NCBI GenBank assembly: GCA_035293405.1
Contig: DATDOE010000090.1
Span: 138,282-202,281 of the forward strand
Source: Vicinamibacterales bacterium
Lineage (GTDB): Bacteria; Acidobacteriota; Vicinamibacteria; Vicinamibacterales; UBA2999
Direction of reading: 5' to 3'
Length of the DNA: 64,000 nt
In this document: positions 9,319 to 19,679 of the stretch, one piece after another
How the letters are laid out: each line of letters begins with the position of its first letter
Position numbering within the stretch: the first letter of the stretch is position 1
Translations under genes and position numbers: made by a program
Notes under the pieces: generated by a model
The model's database searches: none
Told to the model about the DNA's origin: nothing
What the model saw: the letters and a program-made list of their open reading frames with translations, nothing else

Positions 9319-10422
9319 ATGCGGAATCGACTGCTCACCGTGGCCGGGTTGCTGGGAGTGGCCGTGACTGTCGGCATCACGCCGGCTCGCCTGACCGGAC
9401 AGTCACCTGCTGTCGCGCGACCGGCGACGACCGCAGCCGCCTCGTCAATCCCTCGCATGCCCGATGGACATCCCGATCTGCAGGGGATGTACGACCTGGC
9501 GACGCTGACACCCATCGAGCGGCCCGCCGGGATGGCGGCCGTGCTGACTCCGGCGGAAGCTGCAAAGCTCGAAGCGCAGGTGGCCGCCCGCCGCAAAACC
9601 GCCGACGACCCGAGCACGGCCGACCGGACCGCGCCCCCGGTCGGCGGTGACGGATCAACAGGCGCCGCCGGCGGCGTCGGCGGCTACAACAACTTCTGGC
9701 TGGATCCGGGGTCGTCCTATACGGTCATCAACGGGCAGAAGCGATCGTCGATCGTCGTCGATCCACCCACCGGCCGCGTGCCGGCGATGACGGCCGAGGC
9801 GCGGGCGCGCCTGCTGGCCGGGCGCACGGTGCGCACCTCGGATCAGACGCAGCGCGAAAACGATCCGGGTCTCGAGCCCCCGGGCTCGTACGACAATCCC
9901 GAGCAGCGTCCTCTCGGCGAGCGGTGCCTGCTCGCCTTCGGTTCCTCGTCCGGCCCGCCGGCGCTGCCGACCTACTTCTACAACAACCTCCACCAGATCG
10001 TGCAGACCCGCGACTCGGTGATGATCCTGACCGAGATGGTCCACGACGCCCGCATCGTGCGCATGAACGCGGAGCACCTGCCGTCGAGCGTTCGGAAGTG
10101 GAACGGTGATTCGGTCGGCCGGTGGGAGGGCGACATCCTCGTGGTCGATACGACCAACTTCACCGACAAGACCCGTTTCCGCGGCGCCACCGAGAACCTG
10201 CGCGTGGTCGAGCGCTTCACCCGCCTCGACGCCAAGACCCTTCTTTACCGGTTCACCGTCGAGGATCCCGCAACGTGGGCCACCCCGTGGACGGGTGAAT
10301 ACGCCTGGCCGGCCACGACCGACCAGATCTACGAGTACGCGTGCCACGAGAACAACTACGCGCTCGAAGGCATCCTGCGCGGCGCGCGATTCCGCGAAGC
10401 CGAAGCGGCGAAGAAGCGGTAG
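9319..10422 (+). CDS. Exported protein of unknown function, paralogue of 8407..9297
   Basis: It has a signal peptide (MRNRLLTVAGLLGVAVTVGI) and the shared motifs listed for 8407..9297. Confidence 0.7.
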   Translation: MRNRLLTVAGLLGVAVTVGITPARLTGQSPAVARPATTAAASSIPRMPDGHPDLQGMYDLATLTPIERPAGMAAVLTPAEAAKLEAQVAARRKTADDPSTADRTAPPVGGDGSTGAAGGVGGYNNFWLDPGSSYTVINGQKRSSIVVDPPTGRVPAMTAEARARLLAGRTVRTSDQTQRENDPGLEPPGSYDNPEQRPLGERCLLAFGSSSGPPALPTYFYNNLHQIVQTRDSVMILTEMVHDARIVRMNAEHLPSSVRKWNGDSVGRWEGDILVVDTTNFTDKTRFRGATENLRVVERFTRLDAKTLLYRFTVEDPATWATPWTGEYAWPATTDQIYEYACHENNYALEGILRGARFREAEAAKKR

Positions 10423-10453
10423 AGAGCCGACCCGGGAGAATGAGGTGATCGCG

Positions 10454-10903
10454 ATGACGTTTCGACACGCACTGGCGAGTGTCGGCTTGATCCTGGTGGC
10501 GGCCGCGCCGGTGGCTGCGCACCATGCCTTCGGGGCCGAGTTCGACCCGAACAAGCCGCTGCTCCTGAAAGGCAAGATCACCAAGGTCGAATGGGTGAAT
10601 CCGCACGCGTGGATTCATCTCGAAGTCTCCAAGCCCGACGGCAAGACAGAGGTGTGGATGATCGAGGGCGGTTCACCAAACTCTCTCCTGCGGCGCGGCG
10701 TCACGAAGGCCTCGCTCACCGTCGGGACCGAGCTCATCGTCGACGGGTATCAGGCGCGTGACCACACGCTGATGCGCGCCAACGGGCGCAACGTCACCCT
10801 CACCGATGGACGCAAGCTGTTCCTGGGCTCGTCGGGCACCGGCGCGCCGATCGATGGCGCCGATGCCTCCGAAGGAGGCCGGCGAGGGGCGGGAGCCCGC
10901 TGA
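10454..10903 (+). CDS. DUF6152-like small periplasmic protein
   Basis: ATG 10454 is in frame with ORF 10106..10903. It has a signal peptide ending AAHHAFGAEFD, then KGKITKVEWVNPHAWIHLEV, which I recall as the DUF6152 hallmark. Confidence 0.6.
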   Translation: MTFRHALASVGLILVAAAPVAAHHAFGAEFDPNKPLLLKGKITKVEWVNPHAWIHLEVSKPDGKTEVWMIEGGSPNSLLRRGVTKASLTVGTELIVDGYQARDHTLMRANGRNVTLTDGRKLFLGSSGTGAPIDGADASEGGRRGAGAR

Positions 10904-10966
10904 GGGAGCAGAAACCGGGGAGACGATTTCAACGCATCGCGACGGTAAGAATTGGCGATCACACTC

Positions 10967-10978
10967 CCGACCGGTCGG
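10967..10978. promoter_or_regulatory. Perfect 12-bp palindrome CCGACCGGTCGG between convergent genes
   Basis: Same core as the 7466 and 8311 sites. It has no loop, so it is a protein-binding-type palindrome rather than a hairpin. Confidence 0.25.
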
Positions 10979-11029
10979 TTGGAGACGGGTCGCGCGGCGT
11001 CCGGAGACGCGCACGGGCGCCCTGGGCCC

Positions 11030-12415
<1,386 letters not shown>

Positions 12416-12458
12416 GACAGCTCCTCGACAGGAGCGGTCAGCCGCATCCTGCACACCT

Positions 12459-12476
12459 ACCGACCGGATGGTCGGT
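12459..12476. promoter_or_regulatory. Inverted repeat ACCGACC-GGAT-GGTCGGT upstream of the cytochrome/monooxygenase gene (candidate operator variant)
   Basis: It lies 44 nt upstream of the 12415 start. The half-sites are identical to those of the CGACCGGTCG palindromes but carry a 4-nt spacer. Confidence 0.35.
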
Positions 12477-12549
12477 CAGTCACGGAGTGTACGCCTCGAG
12501 GTGGTTCCACTGCAACCCAGGGCGTGGCGGGGTTGTGCGACCCTCGCGT

Positions 12550-14457
12550 TCACGCCTTTCGGGCGAAGTAATCGATCACGGCGGCGGCGGCCTTGGCGCC
12601 CACCACCGAGGCCAGTTCCTCGCGAGTCCCGCGGCGCACGCCGGCGAGGCTGCCAAACCTCGTGAGCAGTGCCCGCCTCCGCCGCGCGCCGATGCCCGGA
12701 ATCTGATCGAGCTCCGAACGCAGGTCGCGCATCGACCGCGCCTTGCGGTGAAACGTCACGGCGAAGCGGTGCGCTTCGTCGCGAATCCGCTGGATGAGGA
12801 GCAGGGCCGGATCGTTCTCCGCCAGCACCACGGGCTCGGCACGATCTCGCGTGAAGAGGAGCTCTTCCTTCTTGGCAATGCCCACCGCCACCAGGTTCGC
12901 CAGACCGATTGACGCCAGCCCGTCGTACGCCGCGGAGAGCTGCCCCTTGCCGCCATCGATGACGATGAGATCCGGGAACGGACCGCCAGCCTCGAGGACC
13001 GCGCGATATCGCCGCTGCACCACCTCACGCATCGCCGCGAAGTCGTCGGAACCGAAAGTGGGCTTTGGGCTTTGGGCTCTCGGCTCTAGGCTTTCGGCTT
13101 CAGGTTCTCCGTTTTGGAAGTTGGGAGTTGGCCTCAGGTTCAGGTTGGGAGTTGCCAGTCCTCTAATCCGGAATTTCCTGTACTCGTTCCTCTTCATCCG
13201 CCCGTCCTCGCACACCACCATCGCGGCGACCGTTTCACTGCCCTGAATGGTCGAGATGTCGAAGCACTCGATCCGGCGCGGCATCGACGGCAGGCCCAGC
13301 GCGCTGCGCAGCGTTTCCAGCGCCTCGAAGTGCGAAGCCGTGATGGCGTTGAACCGCGTCCGATAGGACAGCTCGGCGTTGCGAGTCGCCAGTTCCACCA
13401 GCGCGCGCTTGTCGCCGCGCTGAGGCACGTGAATCTTGACTCGCCTGCCGGAGCGGCTCGACAGCCACTCTTCCATCGCCTCCACGTCCTCGATCTCCAC
13501 CGGCAGGTTGATCTCCGAGGACGGCACACGCAGCTCGTAGAACTGACCGACCGCCGTATGCATCACATCGGCGTCACCGTCGGCGATCGCACCCGGGTCG
13601 CTCGTCATCTCCACGCGTTCGACAACCCGGCCGCCCCGAATCTGAAACACCTGGATCGCGACGCCGCTCGGGCCGATCTTCAGGCCGAACACGTCCCGGT
13701 CGCCGAGTCCCGCGGTCGCGACCTTCTGCTGCCGATCCCGGAGCGTCTGCACCGTGCGCATGGCGTCGCGCAGCTGCGCCGCCTCTTCAAACCGCTCGCC
13801 TTCGGACGCCGCCGCCATGCGGCCGCGCAACGTCTCCACCAACTCGTCGTTGCGTCCTTCGAGCAGCAGCCTGGTGCTGACCACCGCCACTCCGTACTGC
13901 TCCTGCGAGCAGATCTCGGCGACGCACGGCGCGATGCACCGCTTGATGTCGTACTCGAGGCACGGCCGCGGGCGCTGTCCGGTGATGACCTCGTTGCACG
14001 ACCGGAGGCCGAACAGCCGGTGCGCCAGCGTCATCGTCCGGCGAGCGAGCTTGGCCGGCAGGAACGGACCGGCGTAGAAGTCGGCGCCCTTCTCGACGGC
14101 GCGGGCGACGAGGACCCGCGGGAACGCCTCGCCCGTGGTCAGACGCAGATACGGGTAGTTCTTGTCATCGCGCAGAAGGATGTTGTATTTAGGCGTGCGC
14201 TGTTTGATCAGGTTGTTCTCGAGCGCGAGCGCCTCCATTACCGAGTCGGTAATGATGACCTCGAGGCGGGCGATGTCGTCGAGGAGGGCGTCGTGACGGG
14301 GGCTCATGCCGTGGGCGCCGAGATAGCTGCGCACGCGGTCGCGCAGCGAGCGCGCCTTGCCGACGTAGATCGTCTCGCCGGCGGCGTCGCCCCACAGATA
14401 CACCCCGGGCTGCTCGGGCAAACGCGCGATCTGATCCTTGAGGTCGTGAACAGGCAT
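12550..14457 (-). CDS. uvrC: Excinuclease ABC subunit C
   Basis: It has a GIY-YIG N-terminus (QPGVYLWGDAAGETIYVGKARSLRDRV), a UVR domain, an endonuclease domain and a C-terminal HhH. It contains an approximately 30-aa low-complexity insert (see repeat 13060..13157). Confidence 0.95.
   Translation of the reverse strand: MPVHDLKDQIARLPEQPGVYLWGDAAGETIYVGKARSLRDRVRSYLGAHGMSPRHDALLDDIARLEVIITDSVMEALALENNLIKQRTPKYNILLRDDKNYPYLRLTTGEAFPRVLVARAVEKGADFYAGPFLPAKLARRTMTLAHRLFGLRSCNEVITGQRPRPCLEYDIKRCIAPCVAEICSQEQYGVAVVSTRLLLEGRNDELVETLRGRMAAASEGERFEEAAQLRDAMRTVQTLRDRQQKVATAGLGDRDVFGLKIGPSGVAIQVFQIRGGRVVERVEMTSDPGAIADGDADVMHTAVGQFYELRVPSSEINLPVEIEDVEAMEEWLSSRSGRRVKIHVPQRGDKRALVELATRNAELSYRTRFNAITASHFEALETLRSALGLPSMPRRIECFDISTIQGSETVAAMVVCEDGRMKRNEYRKFRIRGLATPNLNLRPTPNFQNGEPEAESLEPRAQSPKPTFGSDDFAAMREVVQRRYRAVLEAGGPFPDLIVIDGGKGQLSAAYDGLASIGLANLVAVGIAKKEELLFTRDRAEPVVLAENDPALLLIQRIRDEAHRFAVTFHRKARSMRDLRSELDQIPGIGARRRRALLTRFGSLAGVRRGTREELASVVGAKAAAAVIDYFARKA
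12560..12669 (-). repeat. Resident copy of the 110-bp uvrC 3' repeat
   Basis: Identical to 3311..3420. Confidence 0.95.
13060..13157. repeat. Heptamer tandem array plus short direct repeats, in frame inside uvrC
   Basis: The plus strand reads GGGCTTT GGGCTTT GGGCTCT CGGCTCT AGGCTTT CGGCTTC (6 x 7 = 42 nt), then AGTTGGGAGTTG twice. It encodes TPNLNLRPTPNFQNGEPEAESLEPRAQSPKP between the conserved FRIR and DDFAAMREV. Confidence 0.8.
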
Positions 14458-14509
14458 GAGCTACGATGGTGAGTTCACTTACGATGCGAACCCTTAATTG
14501 TAGCCATCA

Positions 14510-15280
14510 ATGACGTTGACCGGCTTCATCGGCGCCGTATGCATGTTCCCGCTGCGGGCGATCATCGCCGCCAGCGTGGCGCTTGGCATCCACCCGAACA
14601 TGCTCACGCTCATTGGCGTGCTGATCAACGTGGTGGCCGCCGTCGCCCTCGGATTCGACCACTTCCTTCTGGCGTTCGTCATCATGATTGTCGCGAATAT
14701 CTTCGACTTCATCGATGGCAAGGTGGCGCACATCACCAACACCGTGTCCCGCTTCGGCGCCTTCTGGGACTCCACACTCGATCGCTTCTCCGACATCGCG
14801 CTGTTCCTGGGCCTCATCTACCTGTACGCCGATCTCCGCCGTACCGACTACGTCATGGTGGCGTCGCTGGCGATGATGTTCTCGATCATGACGAGCTACG
14901 CGCGCGCCCGCGCCGAATCGCTCATCGAGAAATGCGAAATCGGTTTCATGGGGCGCCCCGAGCGCATCGTCTTGTTCTTGATCGGCGCGCTATTCAATCG
15001 GATGGCGGCCGTGCTGTGGGTGATCCTCGTCCTGGCGATCGTTGCCGTCGCCAACCGCGTCCACTATACGTATCTCGCACTCAACAACAAGCCGATCCCG
15101 ACTGGCTCGAACGTCGTGAGCCGCATCTTCTGGCGCGCGTTCTTCTGGCACGACGAGCGCGCGACGCTGCCCTACGACCTCTGGGTGATCGCGATCCTCG
15201 CCTTCATCCTGCTGACGCCCCCGGATTGGCTTGGCGACCCGACGGCTACCGGGCTCGGCGTCTGGGCATTCCTGAAGTAG
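14510..15280 (+). CDS. CDP-alcohol phosphatidyltransferase family protein
   Basis: Motif DFIDGKVAHITNTVSRFGAFWDSTLDRFSD (DGx2ARx8Gx3Dx3D-type) and multiple TM helices. Confidence 0.8.
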   Translation: MTLTGFIGAVCMFPLRAIIAASVALGIHPNMLTLIGVLINVVAAVALGFDHFLLAFVIMIVANIFDFIDGKVAHITNTVSRFGAFWDSTLDRFSDIALFLGLIYLYADLRRTDYVMVASLAMMFSIMTSYARARAESLIEKCEIGFMGRPERIVLFLIGALFNRMAAVLWVILVLAIVAVANRVHYTYLALNNKPIPTGSNVVSRIFWRAFFWHDERATLPYDLWVIAILAFILLTPPDWLGDPTATGLGVWAFLK

Positions 15281-15282
15281 CC

Positions 15283-15477
15283 GGTTCCATGTTCCAGGTT
15301 CCAGGTTCCAGGTTCGTGTTCCGAGCTCCGCTTCTGGGTTCTGAGCTCCGGGTTCACCGTTCGCGCGGGATGACCCCGGCCACGAGCCCGAACGCCCGGA
15401 ACATCGAACCCCGAACATCGAACGCCGAACTGGAACCTCGAACACGAACCCGGACCGTGGAACCGGGAACCGGGAAC
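15283..15477. repeat. Inverted pair of GGTTCC/GGAACC-type short tandem repeat arrays (long imperfect hairpin)
   Basis: Left arm GGTTCCATGTTCCAGGTTCCAGGTTCCAGGTTCGTGTTCCGAG. Right arm ...CTCGAACACGAACCCGGACCGTGGAACCGGGAACCGGGAAC. Confidence 0.8.
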
Positions 15478-15479
15478 TG

Positions 15480-16256
15480 ATGTCGATGTCGACGGACTCC
15501 GATGAAGCCGCGCGAGCGCTCGAGGCCCTCAAGGACTTCGGCCCCGTTCTGGCGATCAAGCTGTACCGTCTGACGCTCGAACCGGCGCCGGCGGTCCCAT
15601 TGCTGCCCTGCCTCGACCATGAGGCGATGCTCCATGAGGGGATCACTCCGCACGCGGCCGCCTACGTGCAGGACGCCGCCTCCGGCGATTTGCACGAGCT
15701 CGTCTTCATCCCTGCGAAACACCGCATCGAGGTCGACACCGTTTCGACGTGGGGTGAGTGCTCGACGGACTCGCACCAACGGCTGCTCGCCACGATCGCG
15801 GAGCGCTTCCGCAACTACCGTGTGCACGTGCAGGGACCGTCGTGGTGGCGCGGCGAACGCCGGGTGGCGCATGCCTGCCGGGCGCAAGTGTCGCTGCGCG
15901 ACGTGCTGCTGGGGAAAGATACCGCCACGGTGAAGGCGAACATCGATCGCCTCCACACCATCGGCTCGCTGATGGAGAAGCAATCACGTGTGGCGTCGTG
16001 GGGCGTGCGCACAGTGACCGGACCGCTGCTCGCCGCGGCCGGCGTGGTGCTCTTCCTGGTGTTCGGATCCCTGACCGCCACTCTCGGTGAGAGCGTCGTG
16101 ACGGTGCTGCGGTACTCCCTGATCAGCCTGCTCGGCGGAGTGTTCCTCTACTACGGCCTGAAGGCCGTGCAGCTCACGGCGATGTCCAATCGTGTATGGA
16201 AACGGACCGCGGAGTACAACCTCATCCTCGCGGAGAGGAGAAGGCTGGGAACGTAG
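15480..16256 (+). CDS. Hypothetical protein with two C-terminal TM helices
   Basis: 258-aa ORF with GC3-rich codons. The opposite-strand ORFs look like antisense shadows. It is flanked on both sides by repeat arrays. Confidence 0.5.
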   Translation: MSMSTDSDEAARALEALKDFGPVLAIKLYRLTLEPAPAVPLLPCLDHEAMLHEGITPHAAAYVQDAASGDLHELVFIPAKHRIEVDTVSTWGECSTDSHQRLLATIAERFRNYRVHVQGPSWWRGERRVAHACRAQVSLRDVLLGKDTATVKANIDRLHTIGSLMEKQSRVASWGVRTVTGPLLAAAGVVLFLVFGSLTATLGESVVTVLRYSLISLLGGVFLYYGLKAVQLTAMSNRVWKRTAEYNLILAERRRLGT

Positions 16257-16260
16257 ACCT

Positions 16261-16398
16261 GGTTCGTGGTTCGCGGTTCGTGGTTCGCGGTTCGTGGTTC
16301 GCGGTTCGTGGTTCGCGGTTCGTGGTTCGCGGTTCGCGGTTCTTGGTCGTGCGAAGGGTTGGGCCGTTTCGACCTCCAGATTACGAACCAAGAACCAG
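16261..16398. repeat. Heptamer array (GGTTCGT GGTTCGC) x5 ... GGTTCTT GGTCGTG with a distal complementary arm ACGAACCAAGAACC
   Basis: Read directly from the sequence. It sits between the convergent 15480 gene and ku. Confidence 0.85.
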
Positions 16399-16399
16399 A

Positions 16400-17278
16400 C
16401 TACCCCGCCTTCCTCTTCTTCGCCCCATTCGCCGCGGCCTTCGCCTTCGTCACCGGCTTCTTGATGATCGCCTTCGCGGCCTTCTTCTTGTCTCCACTCA
16501 CCGAATCGAGACTTCGGCGCAGCGCTTCCATCAGATCGACGACCTTGGGCGGCTCCTGCTCCTCCGGCGCCACGATCTCTTCACCCGCGATCTTCGCGTC
16601 GATGATCTTCCGCAGCCCTTCCTTGTAGTCGTCCTTGTAGTCCTTCAGGTTCAGCTCGCCATCGAAGGTCGAGATCACCTGCTTGGCGAGCTTCATCTCT
16701 TCGGGCTTCACCTTCGCCGGCAGGGAGCTCAGCTCCTCGATCTGATCGATGCTGCGGATCTCGGCATCGTGATGCAGCGTGTACATCACGAGTCCCTTCT
16801 TCTTCGGCTTGATGGCCACGAGGTACTCGCGTCCATACAACGCCACTTTGCCGATGCCGGCTTTGCCCGCCATCCCCTCGCGCATCACGGCGAAGGCCGA
16901 TGCCGCCATCGGGCCGTCGGGCGCCAGGTAGTACGCCTTGTCGACGTAGATCGGATCGATCGCCGATTCGTCGGTGAACTGCGACAGGTCGATGACGCGC
17001 GTCGACTCGACGCGGACCTTCTGCAGGTCTTCCTCCTCGACGACGACGTAGCGGCCCTTTTCGAACTCGTAGCCTTTCGCCAGCTCCGCATTCGACACCT
17101 CGCGCTCGCAGTGCGGGCACCAGCGCTTCTGCTGAATCCGCGTCTGGCACTCGGCGTGGAGCTGGTTGAATGACAGCGTCGCCGCCGATTCCGTCGCCGG
17201 GAACACTTTGATCGGGATGGTGACCAGGCTGACCTTGAGGTAGCCCTTCCAAGTCGGACGTGGTGGCATAACGGCCAT
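16400..17278 (-). CDS. ku: Ku protein (non-homologous end joining)
   Basis: MAVMPPRPTWKGYLKVSLVTIPIKVFPATE...YLAPDG... with a Lys-rich C-terminal tail. In frame with ORF 16400..17734. Confidence 0.9.
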   Translation of the reverse strand: MAVMPPRPTWKGYLKVSLVTIPIKVFPATESAATLSFNQLHAECQTRIQQKRWCPHCEREVSNAELAKGYEFEKGRYVVVEEEDLQKVRVESTRVIDLSQFTDESAIDPIYVDKAYYLAPDGPMAASAFAVMREGMAGKAGIGKVALYGREYLVAIKPKKKGLVMYTLHHDAEIRSIDQIEELSSLPAKVKPEEMKLAKQVISTFDGELNLKDYKDDYKEGLRKIIDAKIAGEEIVAPEEQEPPKVVDLMEALRRSLDSVSGDKKKAAKAIIKKPVTKAKAAANGAKKRKAG

Positions 17279-17298
17279 TATCGGTTCAAACGGTTCAA

Positions 17299-17880
17299 TT
17301 AAACAGAATCCTCGCCGTCCCGGCTGCCCAGGTTGAGGCCAGCGCCTCCGATTTGGATGTCGTGCGCCTTGATTCGGTCCCGGAGGACCCGGCGGGCCGC
17401 CCCATAGTGCGGCCCGGGGACCTCGAGCCGGCGGGCGATGCTGTGGCCGTGCGAGATGAGAATCAGCGTCACCGCCCCCTCGTCCTTCCACGACACGGCC
17501 GAGATCTGCGACCAGGGCATGAAGCCGCTGTCGGACCAGACGCCCGCCTGATAGAACCCGCGCCCGATGCGGGCGGCCAGCGGGAACAGGCACATGTAGT
17601 AGATGAACATCATCGCCTCGCCGAACAGCGAATATGGCGGGCGTTTCAGGAGGATTTCGACCACGATCAACAGGCCGAGGATCACCCCGAGCAAGAGACT
17701 GATCGCGTAGTAGCGGGGCTTCGGACCGGCCCACACGAGGAGCGTGAACCGCTTGGCGCGGTGATAGCGCACGAGCTCAACGGCCACCTTGATGTTGGCA
17801 ACGAGAAAACCGAGGCCGAAGAGCAACAGCAGCCGCGGCGCCAGCCAGGCGAACCAGGGAATCAGGGCCTCCGAGTCCAT
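17299..17880 (-). CDS. Membrane protein, unknown function
   Basis: 193-aa ORF with 3-4 TM helices in the N-terminal half and a soluble C-terminal half. Confidence 0.55.
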   Translation of the reverse strand: MDSEALIPWFAWLAPRLLLLFGLGFLVANIKVAVELVRYHRAKRFTLLVWAGPKPRYYAISLLLGVILGLLIVVEILLKRPPYSLFGEAMMFIYYMCLFPLAARIGRGFYQAGVWSDSGFMPWSQISAVSWKDEGAVTLILISHGHSIARRLEVPGPHYGAARRVLRDRIKAHDIQIGGAGLNLGSRDGEDSV

Positions 17881-17894
17881 CGGACGATGTCAGG

Positions 17895-18530
17895 TCAGGA
17901 GGCCTGCCAATTGGGGTCCGCGACCGGGGCACGGACCCGCGTCGTCTGAACCGCGGGCGGGTCGTTGGCGAGGAGCGGATCGAAACATCGCCGGCACCGG
18001 GCCTCGTACATCCCCTGCGCCCCCACGAGGACGCGATCGCCGCTCGCCACGAGGCGCTGCGTATGGTTGGCCGGGTTGCCGCACACCATGCAGATGGCGT
18101 GGGTCTTGGTGATGTATTCGGCGATGGCCAGCAGCTGCGGCATCGGCTCGAACGGCTTGCCCAGGTAGTCCTGGTCGAGGCCGGCAACGATCACGCGCAG
18201 CCCGCGGTCGGCCAGCGCGCTGCAGATGGCCGGCAGCTCCTGGTCGAAGAACTGCCCTTCGTCGATGCCGACGACCTCGGTTTCGCCCTCAATGGCGTCG
18301 ATCAGCTGCCGCGAGGTTTCCACGGCCCGCGACTCGATGCGCATCTCGCCGTGAGACACGATGTGATCGTCGGAATAGCGGGTATCGATCGCGGGCTTGA
18401 AGACCTGGACTTTCTGGCGGGCGATGCGCGCACGTCGCAGGCGGCGAATCAGCTCTTCGCTCTTGCCGCTGAACATGCTGCCGACGATGACTTCAATCCA
18501 GCCTTGGATAGGCTGGCGGACGACATCCAT
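17895..18530 (-). CDS. tdk: Thymidine kinase
   Basis: P-loop [11 protein letters not shown], and C-terminal zinc Cys pairs (CMVCG...CRRC). Confidence 0.9.
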   Translation of the reverse strand: MDVVRQPIQGWIEVIVGSMFSGKSEELIRRLRRARIARQKVQVFKPAIDTRYSDDHIVSHGEMRIESRAVETSRQLIDAIEGETEVVGIDEGQFFDQELPAICSALADRGLRVIVAGLDQDYLGKPFEPMPQLLAIAEYITKTHAICMVCGNPANHTQRLVASGDRVLVGAQGMYEARCRRCFDPLLANDPPAVQTTRVRAPVADPNWQAS

Positions 18531-18538
18531 TTGATTCA

Positions 18539-18627
18539 ACCACGAAGCCCACGAAGAATACGAAGGTCGCGAAGAACGAAACCTAATAGCATTTCGTGTC
18601 CTTCGTCGCCTTCGTGCCTTCGTGGTT
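18539..18627. repeat. Long imperfect hairpin built from approximately 9-nt NNNACGAAG units
   Basis: CCACGAAGCCCACGAAGAATACGAAGGTCGCGAAGAACGAAA - loop - TTTCGTGTCCTTCGTCGCCTTCGTGCCTTCGTGG. It lies between efp and tdk. Confidence 0.8.
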
Positions 18628-18630
18628 AGG

Positions 18631-19194
18631 TCACGCGCGCGACAAGTATTCCCCAGTTTCGGTGTTGACGCGAATCAGATCGCCCGGGTTCACAAACGGC
18701 GGCACCTGCACCACGAGGCCGGTCTCGAGCGTGGCCGGCTTGACCTGGTTGCTGGCGGTGGCGCCCTTGATGCCGGGCACGGTGTCCATCACCTTGAGGT
18801 CCACAGCCTGTGGCAGCTCGATGCCCACCGGCTCCTCGCCGTAGAACTCCACCTCGATCGTCATTTCGGACTTCAGGTAGTTCACCGAGTCGCCGAGCGC
18901 CTCGCTCATGATGTGGATCTGTTCGTACGAGACGACGTCCATGAAGTGATAGGTCTCGCCCTCGTGGTAGAGATACTGCATTTCGCGCTGCTCGAGCGTG
19001 GCGCGATCGAGCGTATCTTCCGAGCGCAGCTTCTGATCCGACATCGCGCCGTTGCGGATGTTGCGCAGCTTCACGCGCACGAACCCGCGCAGGTTGCCGG
19101 GGGTCACATGCTGGAGCTCGAGAACCCGGAACAGGTCCTGGTCAACCTTGATGAGCATGCCCTTCTTGAGACGCGTTGCTTGTATGGACGCCAT
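18631..19194 (-). CDS. efp: Elongation factor P
   Basis: [45 protein letters not shown]... In frame with ORF 18631..19662. Confidence 0.95.
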   Translation of the reverse strand: MASIQATRLKKGMLIKVDQDLFRVLELQHVTPGNLRGFVRVKLRNIRNGAMSDQKLRSEDTLDRATLEQREMQYLYHEGETYHFMDVVSYEQIHIMSEALGDSVNYLKSEMTIEVEFYGEEPVGIELPQAVDLKVMDTVPGIKGATASNQVKPATLETGLVVQVPPFVNPGDLIRVNTETGEYLSRA

Positions 19195-19266
19195 AATTGA
19201 ATCCGTAGATCCTCGAGATCGTAGCACAGGGCTTACCCGCGCCTCTTCGTGGTACGATTTCCCCGC

Positions 19267-19671
19267 ATGGCGTTCGCGCGCTGGGATCCGATTCGCGACC
19301 TGCTCGCCATCCAGCAGCGCCTGGACCGTTTCGCGCCAGGCCCTGCCGGCTGGAGTCCGCCGGTCGATCTCCTCGAAACGGCCGATCACTACATCATCAC
19401 GGCAGAACTGCCCGGCGTTCACCGGGAGGATCTGCACATCTCGATGCATGACGAGGGCCGGATCACGCTCTCGGGCGTGCGGCGCGAGCGCGCGCAGGCA
19501 TACGAGCAGTATCACCGGGTCGAGCGCGGACACGGCAGCTTCAGCCGCACATTCCAGTTGCCGATCCCCGTCGATGCCGATCGCATCACAGCGGATCTGC
19601 GCGACGGCGTTCTCACGGTGACCTGCCCCAAGGCCGCCGACACCGCCTCGCGCCGCATCCACATCACCTAA
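19267..19671 (+). CDS. Hsp20/alpha-crystallin small heat-shock protein
   Basis: PPVDLLETADHYIITAELPGV...GSFSRTFQLP...DGVLTV. Confidence 0.85.
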   Translation: MAFARWDPIRDLLAIQQRLDRFAPGPAGWSPPVDLLETADHYIITAELPGVHREDLHISMHDEGRITLSGVRRERAQAYEQYHRVERGHGSFSRTFQLPIPVDADRITADLRDGVLTVTCPKAADTASRRIHIT

Positions 19672-19679
19672 GCCACATC

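Noticed and set aside
10967-10978. The CCGACCGGTCGG palindrome as a bidirectional terminator between convergent genes
   Set aside because: A perfect palindrome with no loop nucleotides and no flanking U-tract cannot form a stable terminator hairpin. It is kept only as a possible protein-binding site.
15283-16398. Possibility that the tandem repeat arrays are CRISPR arrays
   Set aside because: The units are 7-9 nt and directly abutting, with no unique spacers. No cas genes are in the window.
16400-17278. Ku as part of an NHEJ operon
   Set aside because: No LigD-like ligase, polymerase or nuclease gene is adjacent. Neighbours are a membrane protein and tdk. A stand-alone ku is common, so it is not reported as a finding.
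19195-19266. Sigma-32 / heat-shock promoter upstream of hsp20 (CTTAC...CCCCGCAT)
   Set aside because: The -10-like CCCCGCAT overlaps the start codon itself, so the geometry is wrong for a promoter.
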